The position numbers and the translations under genes are program-made. A model generated the notes under the pieces. The model had not been told where the DNA came from. It saw nothing but the letters and a program-made list of their open reading frames with translations, and did no database searches. A stretch of DNA of 64,000 nucleotides from an uncultured Anaerolineaceae bacterium (GTDB lineage Bacteria > Chloroflexota > Anaerolineae > Anaerolineales > UBA4823). Shown piece after piece: positions 45,848 to 55,440 of the stretch. Numbering within the stretch: the first letter of the stretch is position 1; each line of letters opens with the position of its first letter. The DNA is taken from NCBI GenBank assembly GCA_964606085.1, contig CAZSFD010000005.1:19812-83811 (forward strand), given 5' to 3'.

Positions 45848-46978
45848 TCAAGCGTCCCCATCGTGATGGGTCATTTGTTTCGCCAATTCACAGCGTTTTC
45901 GATAGGCTTCACGAGCAATGCGCACGTCTTCGAGAAAGATCGGCAATTCATCCAGGTAAAGCGCCTGTGGGCCATCTACCAGGGCCTTTTTGGGGGCAGG
46001 GTGAAAATCTACCAGCACCATGTTGGCCCCGGCGATGATGCCCTGGGCGGTGGCGTGGAAAACATCGAGCAGGCCGTCGGGGGCTTGTTCGCGCGAACCG
46101 ACCGAGTGCGAAGGGTCTACGCAAACGGGCAGGCGGGTGAGGCGCTTGACCACCGGGACGTGGGTGAAATCTACAAAATTGCGGTGCGGCTCGCTGAACG
46201 AGGTTTTCATGCCGCGCAGACAGAAGATGATATTGGCGTTGCCTTCGCTGGCCAGGTATTCGGCGGCATTGAGCGACTCAGCCAGGGTGATACCAAAGCC
46301 GCGCTTGAGCAGGGTAGGAAATTCTTTCTGGCGGCCAATGAACTTGAGCAGCTCAAAGTTTTGAATGTTGCGCGTGCCAATTTGCAGCATGACGCCGGTC
46401 GGCCGCCCGGTTTGCTCCAGGCATTCGCTGATCTCTTCGATGTGCTTTTCGTGGGTGACTTCGATGGCGATGACCTTGATGCCATATTTGCCGGCTAACT
46501 CGAACACATAGGGCAGGCAGTTTTTGCCGTGTCCCTGGAACGAGTAGGGATTGGTGCGCGGCTTGTAAGCGCCCATGCGGGTGCAAACCTGACCGTTTTC
46601 TTGCAACGCTTTCATCATCATCTCGACGTGTTCGCGGGTATCCACCGCACACAGGCCAGCGAAAATATGCAAGGTATCCTGGCTGAAATGCACCCCGTTG
46701 TAGTCAAAGCCGCCGGTGCGCTGGCTGTCTTTGTGCCGCCCGATGATGCGATATTCCTGTGAAATGCGGATGACGCGCTCGACGGCCGGCAAGGCGGCCA
46801 CCACATCGCGGTCTATCTTGGCGGTATCGCCGATCAGATAAATCTCGGTCAGCTTTTGCTGTGCGCCGACGACATCGTGTTTTTTGAGTTGGATATTCGC
46901 AAGATTGTGGAGGAAAGTCCACGTTTCGCGAAATTCGAGTGAATCCTCGTTGGTGTTAGGATGCAAAATGACAAGCAT
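45848..46978 (-). CDS. DAHP synthase class I-beta with N-terminal regulatory domain
   Basis: AYKPRTNPYSFQG, QIGTRNIQNF, KRG, DPSH; GGAG RBS. Confidence 0.88.
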   Translation of the reverse strand: MLVILHPNTNEDSLEFRETWTFLHNLANIQLKKHDVVGAQQKLTEIYLIGDTAKIDRDVVAALPAVERVIRISQEYRIIGRHKDSQRTGGFDYNGVHFSQDTLHIFAGLCAVDTREHVEMMMKALQENGQVCTRMGAYKPRTNPYSFQGHGKNCLPYVFELAGKYGIKVIAIEVTHEKHIEEISECLEQTGRPTGVMLQIGTRNIQNFELLKFIGRQKEFPTLLKRGFGITLAESLNAAEYLASEGNANIIFCLRGMKTSFSEPHRNFVDFTHVPVVKRLTRLPVCVDPSHSVGSREQAPDGLLDVFHATAQGIIAGANMVLVDFHPAPKKALVDGPQALYLDELPIFLEDVRIAREAYRKRCELAKQMTHHDGDA

Positions 46979-46995
46979 GAGAAAACTCCATCAAA

Positions 46996-47826
46996 TCAGG
47001 TTTGGATCGCGAGGGCGCGGTCACGCCCGGCGAGATCGGGCAGGATACGGCACTGCGCGGCGGGAAAATGCTGGCAGGCCAGTTCGATGGCGGCGCGGCC
47101 CTGGCTGGCCTCGATTTCGAGCAGAGCCAGGCCGCCTGGCGCAAGCACGCCCGGCGCGGCGGCCAGCAGGCGGCGGATGAGCGTCAGCCCGTCAGGGCCG
47201 CCATCCAGGGCGAGGGTCGGTTCTTTGCCATAGACATCCAGGCCGAGCAGGGTGGGGGTGGGGATGTAGGGCAGGTTAGCGAGGAGCAGGGAGCAGGGGG
47301 CAAGGGGCAGGTCGAGGAGGTCGGCCTGGATGAAGGTGATGCGGTCGGCGACCTGGTGGCGGTGGGCGTTGGCCTGCGCCACAGACAGGGCGGCGGGGGA
47401 GATGTCGGTGGCGGTGATGGATGCGCCAGGCAGATGAACGGCGAGGGCGATGGCGATGCAGCCGCAGCCGGTGGCGATGTCGAGGATGCGTAATTGGTGA
47501 GGCGTGTTGCGTGAAAAATCCAGGGCAGTTTCGACGAGCAGTTCGGTCTCGGGGCGAGGAATCAGCACAGCGGGGGTGACGTGAAAATCGAGGCCGTAAA
47601 ATTGCCAGTGGCCGAGGAGGTAGGGCAGCGGTTCGCCAGCTTGCATGCGGGCCAGGGCGCTCTCGAAGGCTGCCCGCTGTTCGGGGGTCAGTTCCGCTTC
47701 GGGGTGAGCCAAAATCCAGGTGCGCGGACGCTCGAAAATATGGGCAAGCAGCAGTTGCAGATCAAGCAATGTAATGCGTGATGCGTGATGCGTGAGCAAC
47801 GCCTGAATGGACAATTCACCCATCAC
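46996..47826 (-). CDS. prmC: Release factor glutamine methyltransferase
   Basis: GEPLPYLLG, VLIPRPETE, DIATGCG, ANLPY, LDGGPDG. Confidence 0.93.
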   Translation of the reverse strand: MMGELSIQALLTHHASRITLLDLQLLLAHIFERPRTWILAHPEAELTPEQRAAFESALARMQAGEPLPYLLGHWQFYGLDFHVTPAVLIPRPETELLVETALDFSRNTPHQLRILDIATGCGCIAIALAVHLPGASITATDISPAALSVAQANAHRHQVADRITFIQADLLDLPLAPCSLLLANLPYIPTPTLLGLDVYGKEPTLALDGGPDGLTLIRRLLAAAPGVLAPGGLALLEIEASQGRAAIELACQHFPAAQCRILPDLAGRDRALAIQT

Positions 47827-47852
47827 GTTTCACACTCTCACGAATCAGCATT
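47772..47852. repeat. (TGCGTGA)3 heptamer array and imperfect opposite arm overlapping the prmC 5' end
   Basis: Exact triple at 47775-47795; TCACGTT-TCACACT-CTCACGA units at 47823-47845. Confidence 0.8.
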
Positions 47853-47938
47853 CTTCTTGTCGCCATCTCACTCTCAGCCATGGGCAGGTATTCTACATCA
47901 CTCCCCAAAAAACTTCACCCCCAAATGCGCTTTTTCGC

Positions 47939-47966
47939 TTTACAGCGATGCCTGCCGGGGTATAAT
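47939..47966 (+). promoter_or_regulatory. Promoter of ABC exporter
   Basis: TTTACA-16 bp-TATAAT. Confidence 0.65.
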
Positions 47967-48010
47967 GGCAGACGCCAATTTGTTAACTCACTTACCTATT
48001 TTTCACCACC

Positions 48011-49807
48011 ATGCCGCCTACTATCCAAGCTGTCACCTTCTCCCCTTCCCAAAGTAAAATCCTCCTGCGCTGCTTCACCTACCTGCGCCCGCACTGGAAA
48101 ATGACCGCCGGAGCGTATCTGATGATGCTGCTCATTGACGGCGTCAATATGTTCAACCCGCTGCTGATCGGCTGGACGATTGATCAGGCCATTCCGCAGC
48201 TCGCCGCAACCGGCAGCAGCAATGGCCTGACCTTAGCCGCCATCGGTCTGCTGGTGCTGGTGCTGATCAAGGGCGTCTTCACCTATTTTCAGGGTGTGTG
48301 GACGGAAGTGGCCTCGCAAAATGTGGCCTACGACCTGCGCAACGAACTACAACGCAAGATTACCCAGCTATCCTTTTCCTTCCACGATCAATCTGAAGCC
48401 GGCGACCTGCTCTCGCGCACCATCCAGGATGTCGAGCGTATTCGCTTTCTGACCGGACGCGCCACCTTGCGGGTGGTCGAGGGCGTGGTGCTGATGACGA
48501 TCACGGCGATCATCCTGTTTACGATGAATGCCCAACTGGCCTTGCTGGCGCTGCTGGTGATGCCCCTGCTCACCGTGCAATCAATTCGTTTTGGACGCGT
48601 CTTTCGCCCGCTTTCGGTGCAGATTCAAAAACAATTGGGCGTGGTGACCACCCGTGTGGAACAAAACCTGCGCGGCGCACGCGTGGTTAAGACCTTTGCC
48701 CAGGAAGCGGCGGAAATCGCCCGTTTCGACGGGGAAAATGAACGCTGGTTCGAGCTTTCGGCGTTTTCGGCCCGCCTGCAAGCGGTGAACATGCCTCTGC
48801 TGCACCTGATCGCCAACCTGGCGACGGTGGGCATTTTGTGGTTCGGCGGCTTACAGGTGATTGACGCCCACATGACCCTCGGCCAACTGGTCGCCTTCAC
48901 CACTTATATGGCGCAACTGCTCGGCCCGGTGCGCTTCCTGGGCATGGTGCTGCCGGCCATCGCCATGGCGGGCGCTTCGGCTGAACGCATTTTTGAAATT
49001 TTGGATACGATGCCCGAAGTCCACGAAGACCCCGCTGCGGTGGATTTGGTGGCGCCCGAGGGCCGGGTGCGCTTCGAGAATGTGTCGTTTTCGTATGGCA
49101 AGCACAGCGGCATCCTCAAGGGCATCAGCTTCGAGGCGCAGCCCCGGCAGGTGGTGGCGCTGGTGGGGCCAACCGGTTCGGGCAAAAGCACGGTCATCAA
49201 CCTGATCCCCCGTTTTTACGATCCCAGCGAAGGGCGCATCACCATTGATGGGCAAGATATTCGCCATGTCAGGCTCAACGCGCTGCGCAACCAGATCGGC
49301 ATGGTGCTGCAAGAGACCACGCTTTTCGCCGCTTCGCTGCGTGAAAACATCACCTTTGGCAAACCCAACGCCACGCAGGAGGAGATCGAAGCCGCGGCCA
49401 GGGCCGCCCAGGCGCACGAGTTCATCCTGCAAACCGCCCACGGTTACGATACCGAGGTCGGCGAAAAAGGGGTGACGCTCTCGGGTGGGCAGAAGCAGCG
49501 CGTGGCTATCGCCCGCGCCATCCTGACCAATCCCCGCATCTTGATCCTCGACGACGCCACCTCCAGCGTAGACAGCGAAACCGAGCATTTGATCCAACAG
49601 GCCCTCGACCAGGTGATGGCCGGCGGGCCAGATGGCCCGCAGCGTACCACCTTTGTCATCGCCCATCGCATCAGCACGGTGCAACGCGCCGATCTGATCT
49701 TGGTGCTGGACAAGGGCCGCGTGGCAGCCAGCGGCCAACACGAGGAGCTGCTGCGCAGTTCGGCGCTATACCGCAGCATTTACGAGGAGCAATTGCGCAA
49801 AAACTAA
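48011..49807 (+). CDS. ABC exporter half-transporter (TMD+NBD, MsbA/MdlA-like)
   Basis: GPTGSGKS, LSGGQKQR, ILILDDATSSVD, IAHR. Confidence 0.93.
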   Translation: MPPTIQAVTFSPSQSKILLRCFTYLRPHWKMTAGAYLMMLLIDGVNMFNPLLIGWTIDQAIPQLAATGSSNGLTLAAIGLLVLVLIKGVFTYFQGVWTEVASQNVAYDLRNELQRKITQLSFSFHDQSEAGDLLSRTIQDVERIRFLTGRATLRVVEGVVLMTITAIILFTMNAQLALLALLVMPLLTVQSIRFGRVFRPLSVQIQKQLGVVTTRVEQNLRGARVVKTFAQEAAEIARFDGENERWFELSAFSARLQAVNMPLLHLIANLATVGILWFGGLQVIDAHMTLGQLVAFTTYMAQLLGPVRFLGMVLPAIAMAGASAERIFEILDTMPEVHEDPAAVDLVAPEGRVRFENVSFSYGKHSGILKGISFEAQPRQVVALVGPTGSGKSTVINLIPRFYDPSEGRITIDGQDIRHVRLNALRNQIGMVLQETTLFAASLRENITFGKPNATQEEIEAAARAAQAHEFILQTAHGYDTEVGEKGVTLSGGQKQRVAIARAILTNPRILILDDATSSVDSETEHLIQQALDQVMAGGPDGPQRTTFVIAHRISTVQRADLILVLDKGRVAASGQHEELLRSSALYRSIYEEQLRKN

Positions 49808-50862
49808 CGCCCGCGCCAGGGCTGATCGACCTGGATGGTGTATTTCCACCAGTTGTTGGCAATGCCGTTTTTGCCGCCCGGGGCATGGGGGATGTGTTTG
49901 AGCCACCATTGGATGTGGCCGTGGCTGGCATCGCGGCTTTCCCAATCCTGACAACTGACCATGCGGCGCGTTCCGGGCAGATCGGGGAAAGTCAGCCAAT
50001 CGTCGCAACTGCTGGAGACCTGGCGGGGATTGCGCCAGTCGTAGTCTTTTTCGGCGTTGGGCGGCATGTGTACCAGGCCCACTTCGGCGCGGCCAGGGGC
50101 GATCTTATCGTACAGCAGAAAACGCTCGAAATCGTTTTTGGGCGCGGCAAACTGCTGGGGGTCAACGGGCGAGCGGATGGCCCGGTAGGCGTTATCCAGC
50201 GTGCGCACAGAGCCATACACGTGCGCCATAATCGCCTCCATGCGGTGGCCGATGTCGTGCAGCATTTCGCCCACCCCGCGCTGGTAATTGAAACCCATGA
50301 TCACAAAGCGCCGTGTGCAATGTTCCGAATTGGCCAGCGGCGCCGAATTGCACCAGATGGCCCCCTTGCCCACCATGTGCGACTCCCAAAAGCCAAAATA
50401 AGGCCCGCCAAACAGCCACACCTCGTCAATTTGCCCGCTCATCACCTTTTGAATCAGGCCATACTCTTTGACAATTTTCCAATAATCTACCCCATCAGGT
50501 TCGTGATGGGTCTTTTCATCTTGCAGCATGGCGAGGTAAGCCGCGGGGGTATAGCGAAAACCATCGGTTTTGTGTGGGATAGCGTCTACATCTACGCGAT
50601 TGGCCGGTTCGACCTGGTATTTCACCAGACCATAACTGACCTCTTCCATTTCAGCCACGAAGGCGGCGATCAGCGCATCGGCCGATTGCCAGCCCATCTT
50701 CGTGGTCAGGCGCGTGCCCTGCTCATCCACAAACGGATCAAAGTTGATCACGAAGACCTTCGGCGAGATCACCTGCAAGGGTTCATCGGTTCGCACGGTC
50801 GTTTTGGGCGTCTGCCCCAAAAATTGAGCAATCCACTCCAGGAATGACTTGAGAAAATCCAT
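49804..50862 (-). CDS. Hypothetical protein with zincin-like HDxxH motif
   Basis: 352-aa ORF with coding-like composition; EMLHDIGHRME. Confidence 0.65.
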   Translation of the reverse strand: MDFLKSFLEWIAQFLGQTPKTTVRTDEPLQVISPKVFVINFDPFVDEQGTRLTTKMGWQSADALIAAFVAEMEEVSYGLVKYQVEPANRVDVDAIPHKTDGFRYTPAAYLAMLQDEKTHHEPDGVDYWKIVKEYGLIQKVMSGQIDEVWLFGGPYFGFWESHMVGKGAIWCNSAPLANSEHCTRRFVIMGFNYQRGVGEMLHDIGHRMEAIMAHVYGSVRTLDNAYRAIRSPVDPQQFAAPKNDFERFLLYDKIAPGRAEVGLVHMPPNAEKDYDWRNPRQVSSSCDDWLTFPDLPGTRRMVSCQDWESRDASHGHIQWWLKHIPHAPGGKNGIANNWWKYTIQVDQPWRGR

Positions 50863-50946
50863 CGCAACCTCCTGCGCAATCGCAATAAAAAACCAACCAT
50901 CGCCTCCCGATTATCATCCCGCTTGCAGCTTTGCGCAACCGCAGCC

Positions 50947-50975
50947 TTGCCATTTGGCGGGCAATGGGCGATAAT
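50947..50975 (+). promoter_or_regulatory. Probable folD promoter
   Basis: TTGCCA-17 bp-GATAAT. Confidence 0.45.
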
Positions 50976-50999
50976 CTCACCCAACGAAAGGAGTTTTTT

Positions 51000-51875
51000 A
51001 TGACTGCACAAATCATAGATGGCAAAGCCATTGCCGAACAAGTTCGTCAAACCGTGGCCGAGGGCGTGGCGGCGCGCCTGGCGGCGGGGAAATCGCAGCC
51101 GGGCCTGGCGACCGTGTTGGTCGGTGACCGGATGGATTCGGCCACCTATGTCGCCTCCAAACAGAAGGCGTGCCAGGAATTGGGCATGCAATCTTTCCAT
51201 CATCAGTTGCCGCAAAACGCCTCGCAGGAAGAAGTGGAAGGGCTGGTCGAACGATTGAGCGACGATCCCGCCGTCAACGGCATCCTGGTGCAACTGCCCC
51301 TGCCCGCTCATCTGGATGAAGAACGCGTGCTGCAAGCTGTCCGCCTGGATAAAGATGTGGACGGCTTCCACCCGATCAACATTGGCCGCCTGGCGCAAAA
51401 GGGGCGCGAGCCGCTCTTCGTGCCTTGCACGCCCTATGGCTGCATCTACCTGCTCGAACAGGCCGGCGTGCCGATTGAAGGGGCCAATGCCGTGGTGCTG
51501 GGGCGTTCCAACATCGTCGGCATGCCGGCGGCGCTGCTGCTGATCGGCAAGAACGCCACGGTGACGGTGTGCCACTCGCGCACCCAAAACCTGCCCGACG
51601 TGGTGCGCCAGGCCGACATCCTGATCGCGGCCATTGGACGCATGGAAATGGTGCGCGGCGATTGGATCAAACCCGGCGCGGCCATCATTGACGTGGGCAT
51701 CAACTCCAAGCCCGACGCCAGCAAAAAGCGCGGCTACCGGCTGGTGGGCGATGTGAACTACGAAGAAGCCGCCGCCGTGGCTGGCTGGATCACCCCCGTC
51801 CCCGGCGGCGTGGGGCCGATGACCATCGCCATGCTGATGAGAAATACCCTGCGCGCCGCACAAATTCAAGATTAA
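51000..51875 (+). CDS. folD: Methylene-THF dehydrogenase/cyclohydrolase
   Basis: GILVQLPLP, KDVDGFHP, PCTP, GRSNIVG, ITPVPGGVGPMT; AAGGAG RBS. Confidence 0.97.
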   Translation: MTAQIIDGKAIAEQVRQTVAEGVAARLAAGKSQPGLATVLVGDRMDSATYVASKQKACQELGMQSFHHQLPQNASQEEVEGLVERLSDDPAVNGILVQLPLPAHLDEERVLQAVRLDKDVDGFHPINIGRLAQKGREPLFVPCTPYGCIYLLEQAGVPIEGANAVVLGRSNIVGMPAALLLIGKNATVTVCHSRTQNLPDVVRQADILIAAIGRMEMVRGDWIKPGAAIIDVGINSKPDASKKRGYRLVGDVNYEEAAAVAGWITPVPGGVGPMTIAMLMRNTLRAAQIQD

Positions 51876-51893
51876 CCCAAGGGGCGATGAGCC

Positions 51894-51931
51894 GGTTGAA
51901 GGTTGCAAGGGGTAACTTTCAACCTTCAACC
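51894..51931. repeat. 12-bp inverted repeat of GAAGGTT heptamers
   Basis: GGTTGAAGGTTG / CAACCTTCAACC. Confidence 0.85.
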
Positions 51932-51941
51932 TGTTATCATT

Positions 51942-52001
51942 TGGTCAGACAATCCATTGACAGCGGGGGGCTTTTTCGGTAAACTAGCCATTGTCAGACA
52001 A
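51942..52001 (+). promoter_or_regulatory. Promoter flanked by two GntR/HutC-type operators
   Basis: TGGTCAGACAA (51942-51952), TTGACA (51957-51962), TAAACT (51979-51984), ATTGTCAGACAAT (51989-52001). Confidence 0.7.
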
Positions 52002-52075
52002 TTCAAAGAGAGCGCAAAGAGCGGCAATTTGAGCCAACCAGCGCTCTTTTCGCTTCTATCCTTTCTCTCTACCCC

Positions 52076-53458
52076 ATGCCCACCATCCGCATCAAAACCA
52101 CCCTGCTGATCACCATGGACGAACAGCGCCGCGAGATTGCCAATGGCGGGCTGTTTGTACGGGATGGGTTTGTCGAACAGGCCGGAAAATGGGAAGACCT
52201 GCCTGGCGAAGCCGATCAAACCCTCGATCTGACCGGCTGCATCGTCCTGCCGGGGCTGATCAACACCCATCATCACTTCTATCAAACGCTCACCCGCGCC
52301 ATCCCCGCCGCCCAAGATGCCAACCTGTTTGGCTGGCTGCGCACGCTTTACCCCATCTGGGGGCGCATAACGCCCGATGACATTTACATTTCCACACAAA
52401 CGGCTCTGGCAGAGTTAGCGCTATCAGGCTGCACCACCGCATCCGATCACCTGTACATCTTCCCCAACGGCTGCCGCCTGGACGATGAAATCGCCGCGGC
52501 CCGCGCCATGGGTGTGCGCCTGCACGCCGCGCGCGGTTCGATGAGCCTGGGGCAATCGCAGGGCGGCCTGCCGCCCGATAGCGTCGTTGAGAGCGAAGCA
52601 TTCATCCTGAAAGAATCACAGCGGCTGATCGAGCAATACCACGATCCCAACCCCGGTGCGCTGACCCAGATCGTCCTCGCCCCCTGTTCGCCGTTCAGCG
52701 TCACCGCCAACCTGATGCGCCAGAGCGCCGCGCTGGCGCGTGAATACGGCGTTCGCCTGCACACACACCTGGCCGAAACCGAAGATGAAGAGACCTTCTG
52801 CCGGCAAAAATTCGGCTACCGCCCGGTGGAATACATGGATCTGCTCAACTGGGTTGGGCCAGACGTGTGGTTTGCTCACTCGGTGTACGTCAACGAAGCC
52901 GAAATTGGTCAGTTTGCGCGCACGGGTTGCGGCGTGGCGCACTGCCCCACCTCGAACATGCGCCTGGCTTCGGGCATCGCCCCCATTGCGCAGATGCTCA
53001 CCGCCGGTGTCAACGTGGGCCTGGGGGTAGATGGCTCGGCCAGCAACGACGGCTCGCACCTGCTGGCCGAGGCGCGCCAGGCCATGCTGCTGGCCCGGCT
53101 CCAAGAAGGTCTCACCGGTTTTTCCCGTTCCGACGACCCCAACCGCAAATTGATGACCGCCCGCCAGGCCCTTGAACTGGCCACGCGCGGCGGCGCAGCG
53201 GTGCTGGGCCGCCGCGACATCGGCGCACTCGAACCCGGCAAATGCGCCGATTTCTTCGCCATCCGGCTAAACCGCCTGGAATATGCCGGTGCACTGCATG
53301 ATCCCGTGGCCGCCGTCCTCTTCTGCGCCCCCGTCCGTGCCGATTACACCTTTGTCGGCGGCAAGCCGGTGGTGCAAGAAGGGCAGTTGGTCAACGTAGA
53401 ACTTGGCCGCCTGATCGAAACGCATCATCGAGCAGCGAAAAAGTTAGTGGAAGGTTGA
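52076..53458 (+). CDS. 8-oxoguanine deaminase-like amidohydrolase
   Basis: NTHHHFYQTLTR, SDHLY, HLAET, GVDGSASND. Confidence 0.82.
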   Translation: MPTIRIKTTLLITMDEQRREIANGGLFVRDGFVEQAGKWEDLPGEADQTLDLTGCIVLPGLINTHHHFYQTLTRAIPAAQDANLFGWLRTLYPIWGRITPDDIYISTQTALAELALSGCTTASDHLYIFPNGCRLDDEIAAARAMGVRLHAARGSMSLGQSQGGLPPDSVVESEAFILKESQRLIEQYHDPNPGALTQIVLAPCSPFSVTANLMRQSAALAREYGVRLHTHLAETEDEETFCRQKFGYRPVEYMDLLNWVGPDVWFAHSVYVNEAEIGQFARTGCGVAHCPTSNMRLASGIAPIAQMLTAGVNVGLGVDGSASNDGSHLLAEARQAMLLARLQEGLTGFSRSDDPNRKLMTARQALELATRGGAAVLGRRDIGALEPGKCADFFAIRLNRLEYAGALHDPVAAVLFCAPVRADYTFVGGKPVVQEGQLVNVELGRLIETHHRAAKKLVEG

Positions 53459-53487
53459 AGGTTTATTCAAGTTAAGGAGCAAAGAAA

Positions 53488-54207
53488 ATGACCAAAAAAG
53501 AATTTCCCTCACAACGTTTGTACGAAGACCTCAAACGCATCATCACCGAGGCCGAACCAGGTCACAAACTGCCTGCCGAACCCGAATTGGCAAAGCAGAT
53601 GGGTGTGGCCCGCGCCACCCTGCGCGAGGCGCTGCGCATCTTCGAGGCGCGCGGTCAGCTTTACCGCCGCCAGGGCGCCGGGACAATCATCATCCAGCCG
53701 AAGGTGATGGATGCCGGGCTGGAAGTGCTGGAAAGCATTGAGACGCTGGCCGAACGGAGTGGCCTGCGTGTGAGCATGGGTGAATTACACGTCACCTCAG
53801 GCCAGCCAACGGCTGAAGAAGCGGCTGCCCTGGGCCTGGAAAGCGAAGCGCAGGTGATCCGCGTCGCCCGCGTGATCCGCTCTGATGCGCGCCCGGTGGC
53901 CTATCTGATTGACATCTTGCCCGAAGATGTCTTGAGCGCTGATGAACTCGATCACGATTTCCACGGCTCGGTGCTTGATTTACTGCTGCGGCGTGGCACA
54001 CCCACCCTCGGCAGCTCACGCACCGAGTTGACCGCCATCTCGGCCATGGCCACCGAAGCCAAAGCCCTTGGCCTGCAACGCGGCGATGTGTTGCTGCGTT
54101 TCATCGCCCAACTCTACGACACCAGCGGGCGCGTGGTGGACTATTCATACTCCTATTTTCTGCCGGGCTATTTCAAATTCCACATCGTGCGCAAGGTGGT
54201 CGCTTAA
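53488..54207 (+). CDS. GntR (HutC/UTRA) regulator
   Basis: [29 protein letters not shown]; C-terminal UTRA-like region. Confidence 0.92.
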   Translation: MTKKEFPSQRLYEDLKRIITEAEPGHKLPAEPELAKQMGVARATLREALRIFEARGQLYRRQGAGTIIIQPKVMDAGLEVLESIETLAERSGLRVSMGELHVTSGQPTAEEAAALGLESEAQVIRVARVIRSDARPVAYLIDILPEDVLSADELDHDFHGSVLDLLLRRGTPTLGSSRTELTAISAMATEAKALGLQRGDVLLRFIAQLYDTSGRVVDYSYSYFLPGYFKFHIVRKVVA

Positions 54208-55427
54208 TGGTCGCAACAAGCACGGCAATCCAAGACAAAGTCGCCCTGCATCGCTCCGCCATTGTGCGCTTTTTGCGTGAAATCTGCGCCATCCCCAGCA
54301 TGGATTCGCAAATTGGGCCGGTGGGCGAACGCATCGCCGCCGAAATGCACCAGCTCGGCTTCGACGAAGTACGCTTTGACCCCATGGGCAACATCCTGGG
54401 GCGCATTGGCAGCGGGCCGCGCACCATCGTCTACGATTCCCACATTGATACCGTGGGAATTGGCGACCCGGCAGAGTGGGAATGGCACCCATTCGAGGGC
54501 AAGGTGGAAGATGGCGTCCTCTACGCCCGCGGCGCTTGCGACGAAAAGGGCAGCACCCCTGGCATGATCTACGGCCTGGCGATCGCGCGTGACCTGGGCC
54601 TGCTCGACGGCTGGACGGCCTGGTATTTCGGCAACATGGAAGAGTGGTGCGATGGCATCGCCCCCAAAATGTTCGTCGAGATTGACCCCGCTGTGCGGCC
54701 TGATTATGTCGTCATCGGCGAACCGAGCCGGATGCAAATTTCACGCGGCCAGAAAGGGCGCGTGGAATTCAAAATCACCGCCAAGGGCAAATCGGCCCAT
54801 GCCGCCAGCAATCACCTGGGCGAGAACGCCATTTACAAGCTGCTGGGCGTCATCGCTGGCATTCGCGACCTGGAGCCGCAACTTGGCGATGACCCTTTCC
54901 TCGGCCACGGCAAGATCACCGTCACCGATATGAAAGTGACCACGGCCTCGATCAACGCCGTCCCCAATGAAGCCGTCCTCTTCGTAGATCGCCGCCTGAC
55001 CTTCGGTGAGACGCAAGAAGCCGCCCTGGCTCAGGTGCAGGCGCTCATCCCGCCCGAACTGCGCGCCAGCATCACCACCGAACTGCTGGTTTACGATGAA
55101 CCATCTTATACCGGCTACAAACTGGTTGTGGACAAATACTTCCCCGCCTGGGCCACCCCCGAAGACCACCCGCTGATCCAGGCCGGGATTGCAGCCCGCA
55201 CGCAGATCGGCCTGCCCGACGCCCCCACCAACAAATGGGATTTTTCCACCAACGGCAACTACTGGTCGGGCCGGGCGGGCATCCCCTGCATCGGCTTCGC
55301 TCCCGGCGACGAAACCACCGCTCACACCGTGCTGGATAGCGTGCGCCTGGAGGATGTGGTGAAGGCGACGGAGTGGTATGCTCTTTTGCCCAGTCAGCTA
55401 ACTGGTATTGCTGCCAGGATAGATTAG
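54207..55427 (+). CDS. ygeY: YgeY-family M20 metallohydrolase
   Basis: DSHIDTVGIG, RGACDEKG, EEWCDG, GEPS, FSTNG, GIPCIGFAPG. Confidence 0.75.
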   Translation: MVATSTAIQDKVALHRSAIVRFLREICAIPSMDSQIGPVGERIAAEMHQLGFDEVRFDPMGNILGRIGSGPRTIVYDSHIDTVGIGDPAEWEWHPFEGKVEDGVLYARGACDEKGSTPGMIYGLAIARDLGLLDGWTAWYFGNMEEWCDGIAPKMFVEIDPAVRPDYVVIGEPSRMQISRGQKGRVEFKITAKGKSAHAASNHLGENAIYKLLGVIAGIRDLEPQLGDDPFLGHGKITVTDMKVTTASINAVPNEAVLFVDRRLTFGETQEAALAQVQALIPPELRASITTELLVYDEPSYTGYKLVVDKYFPAWATPEDHPLIQAGIAARTQIGLPDAPTNKWDFSTNGNYWSGRAGIPCIGFAPGDETTAHTVLDSVRLEDVVKATEWYALLPSQLTGIAARID

Positions 55428-55440
55428 TTACCCGGTCAGT

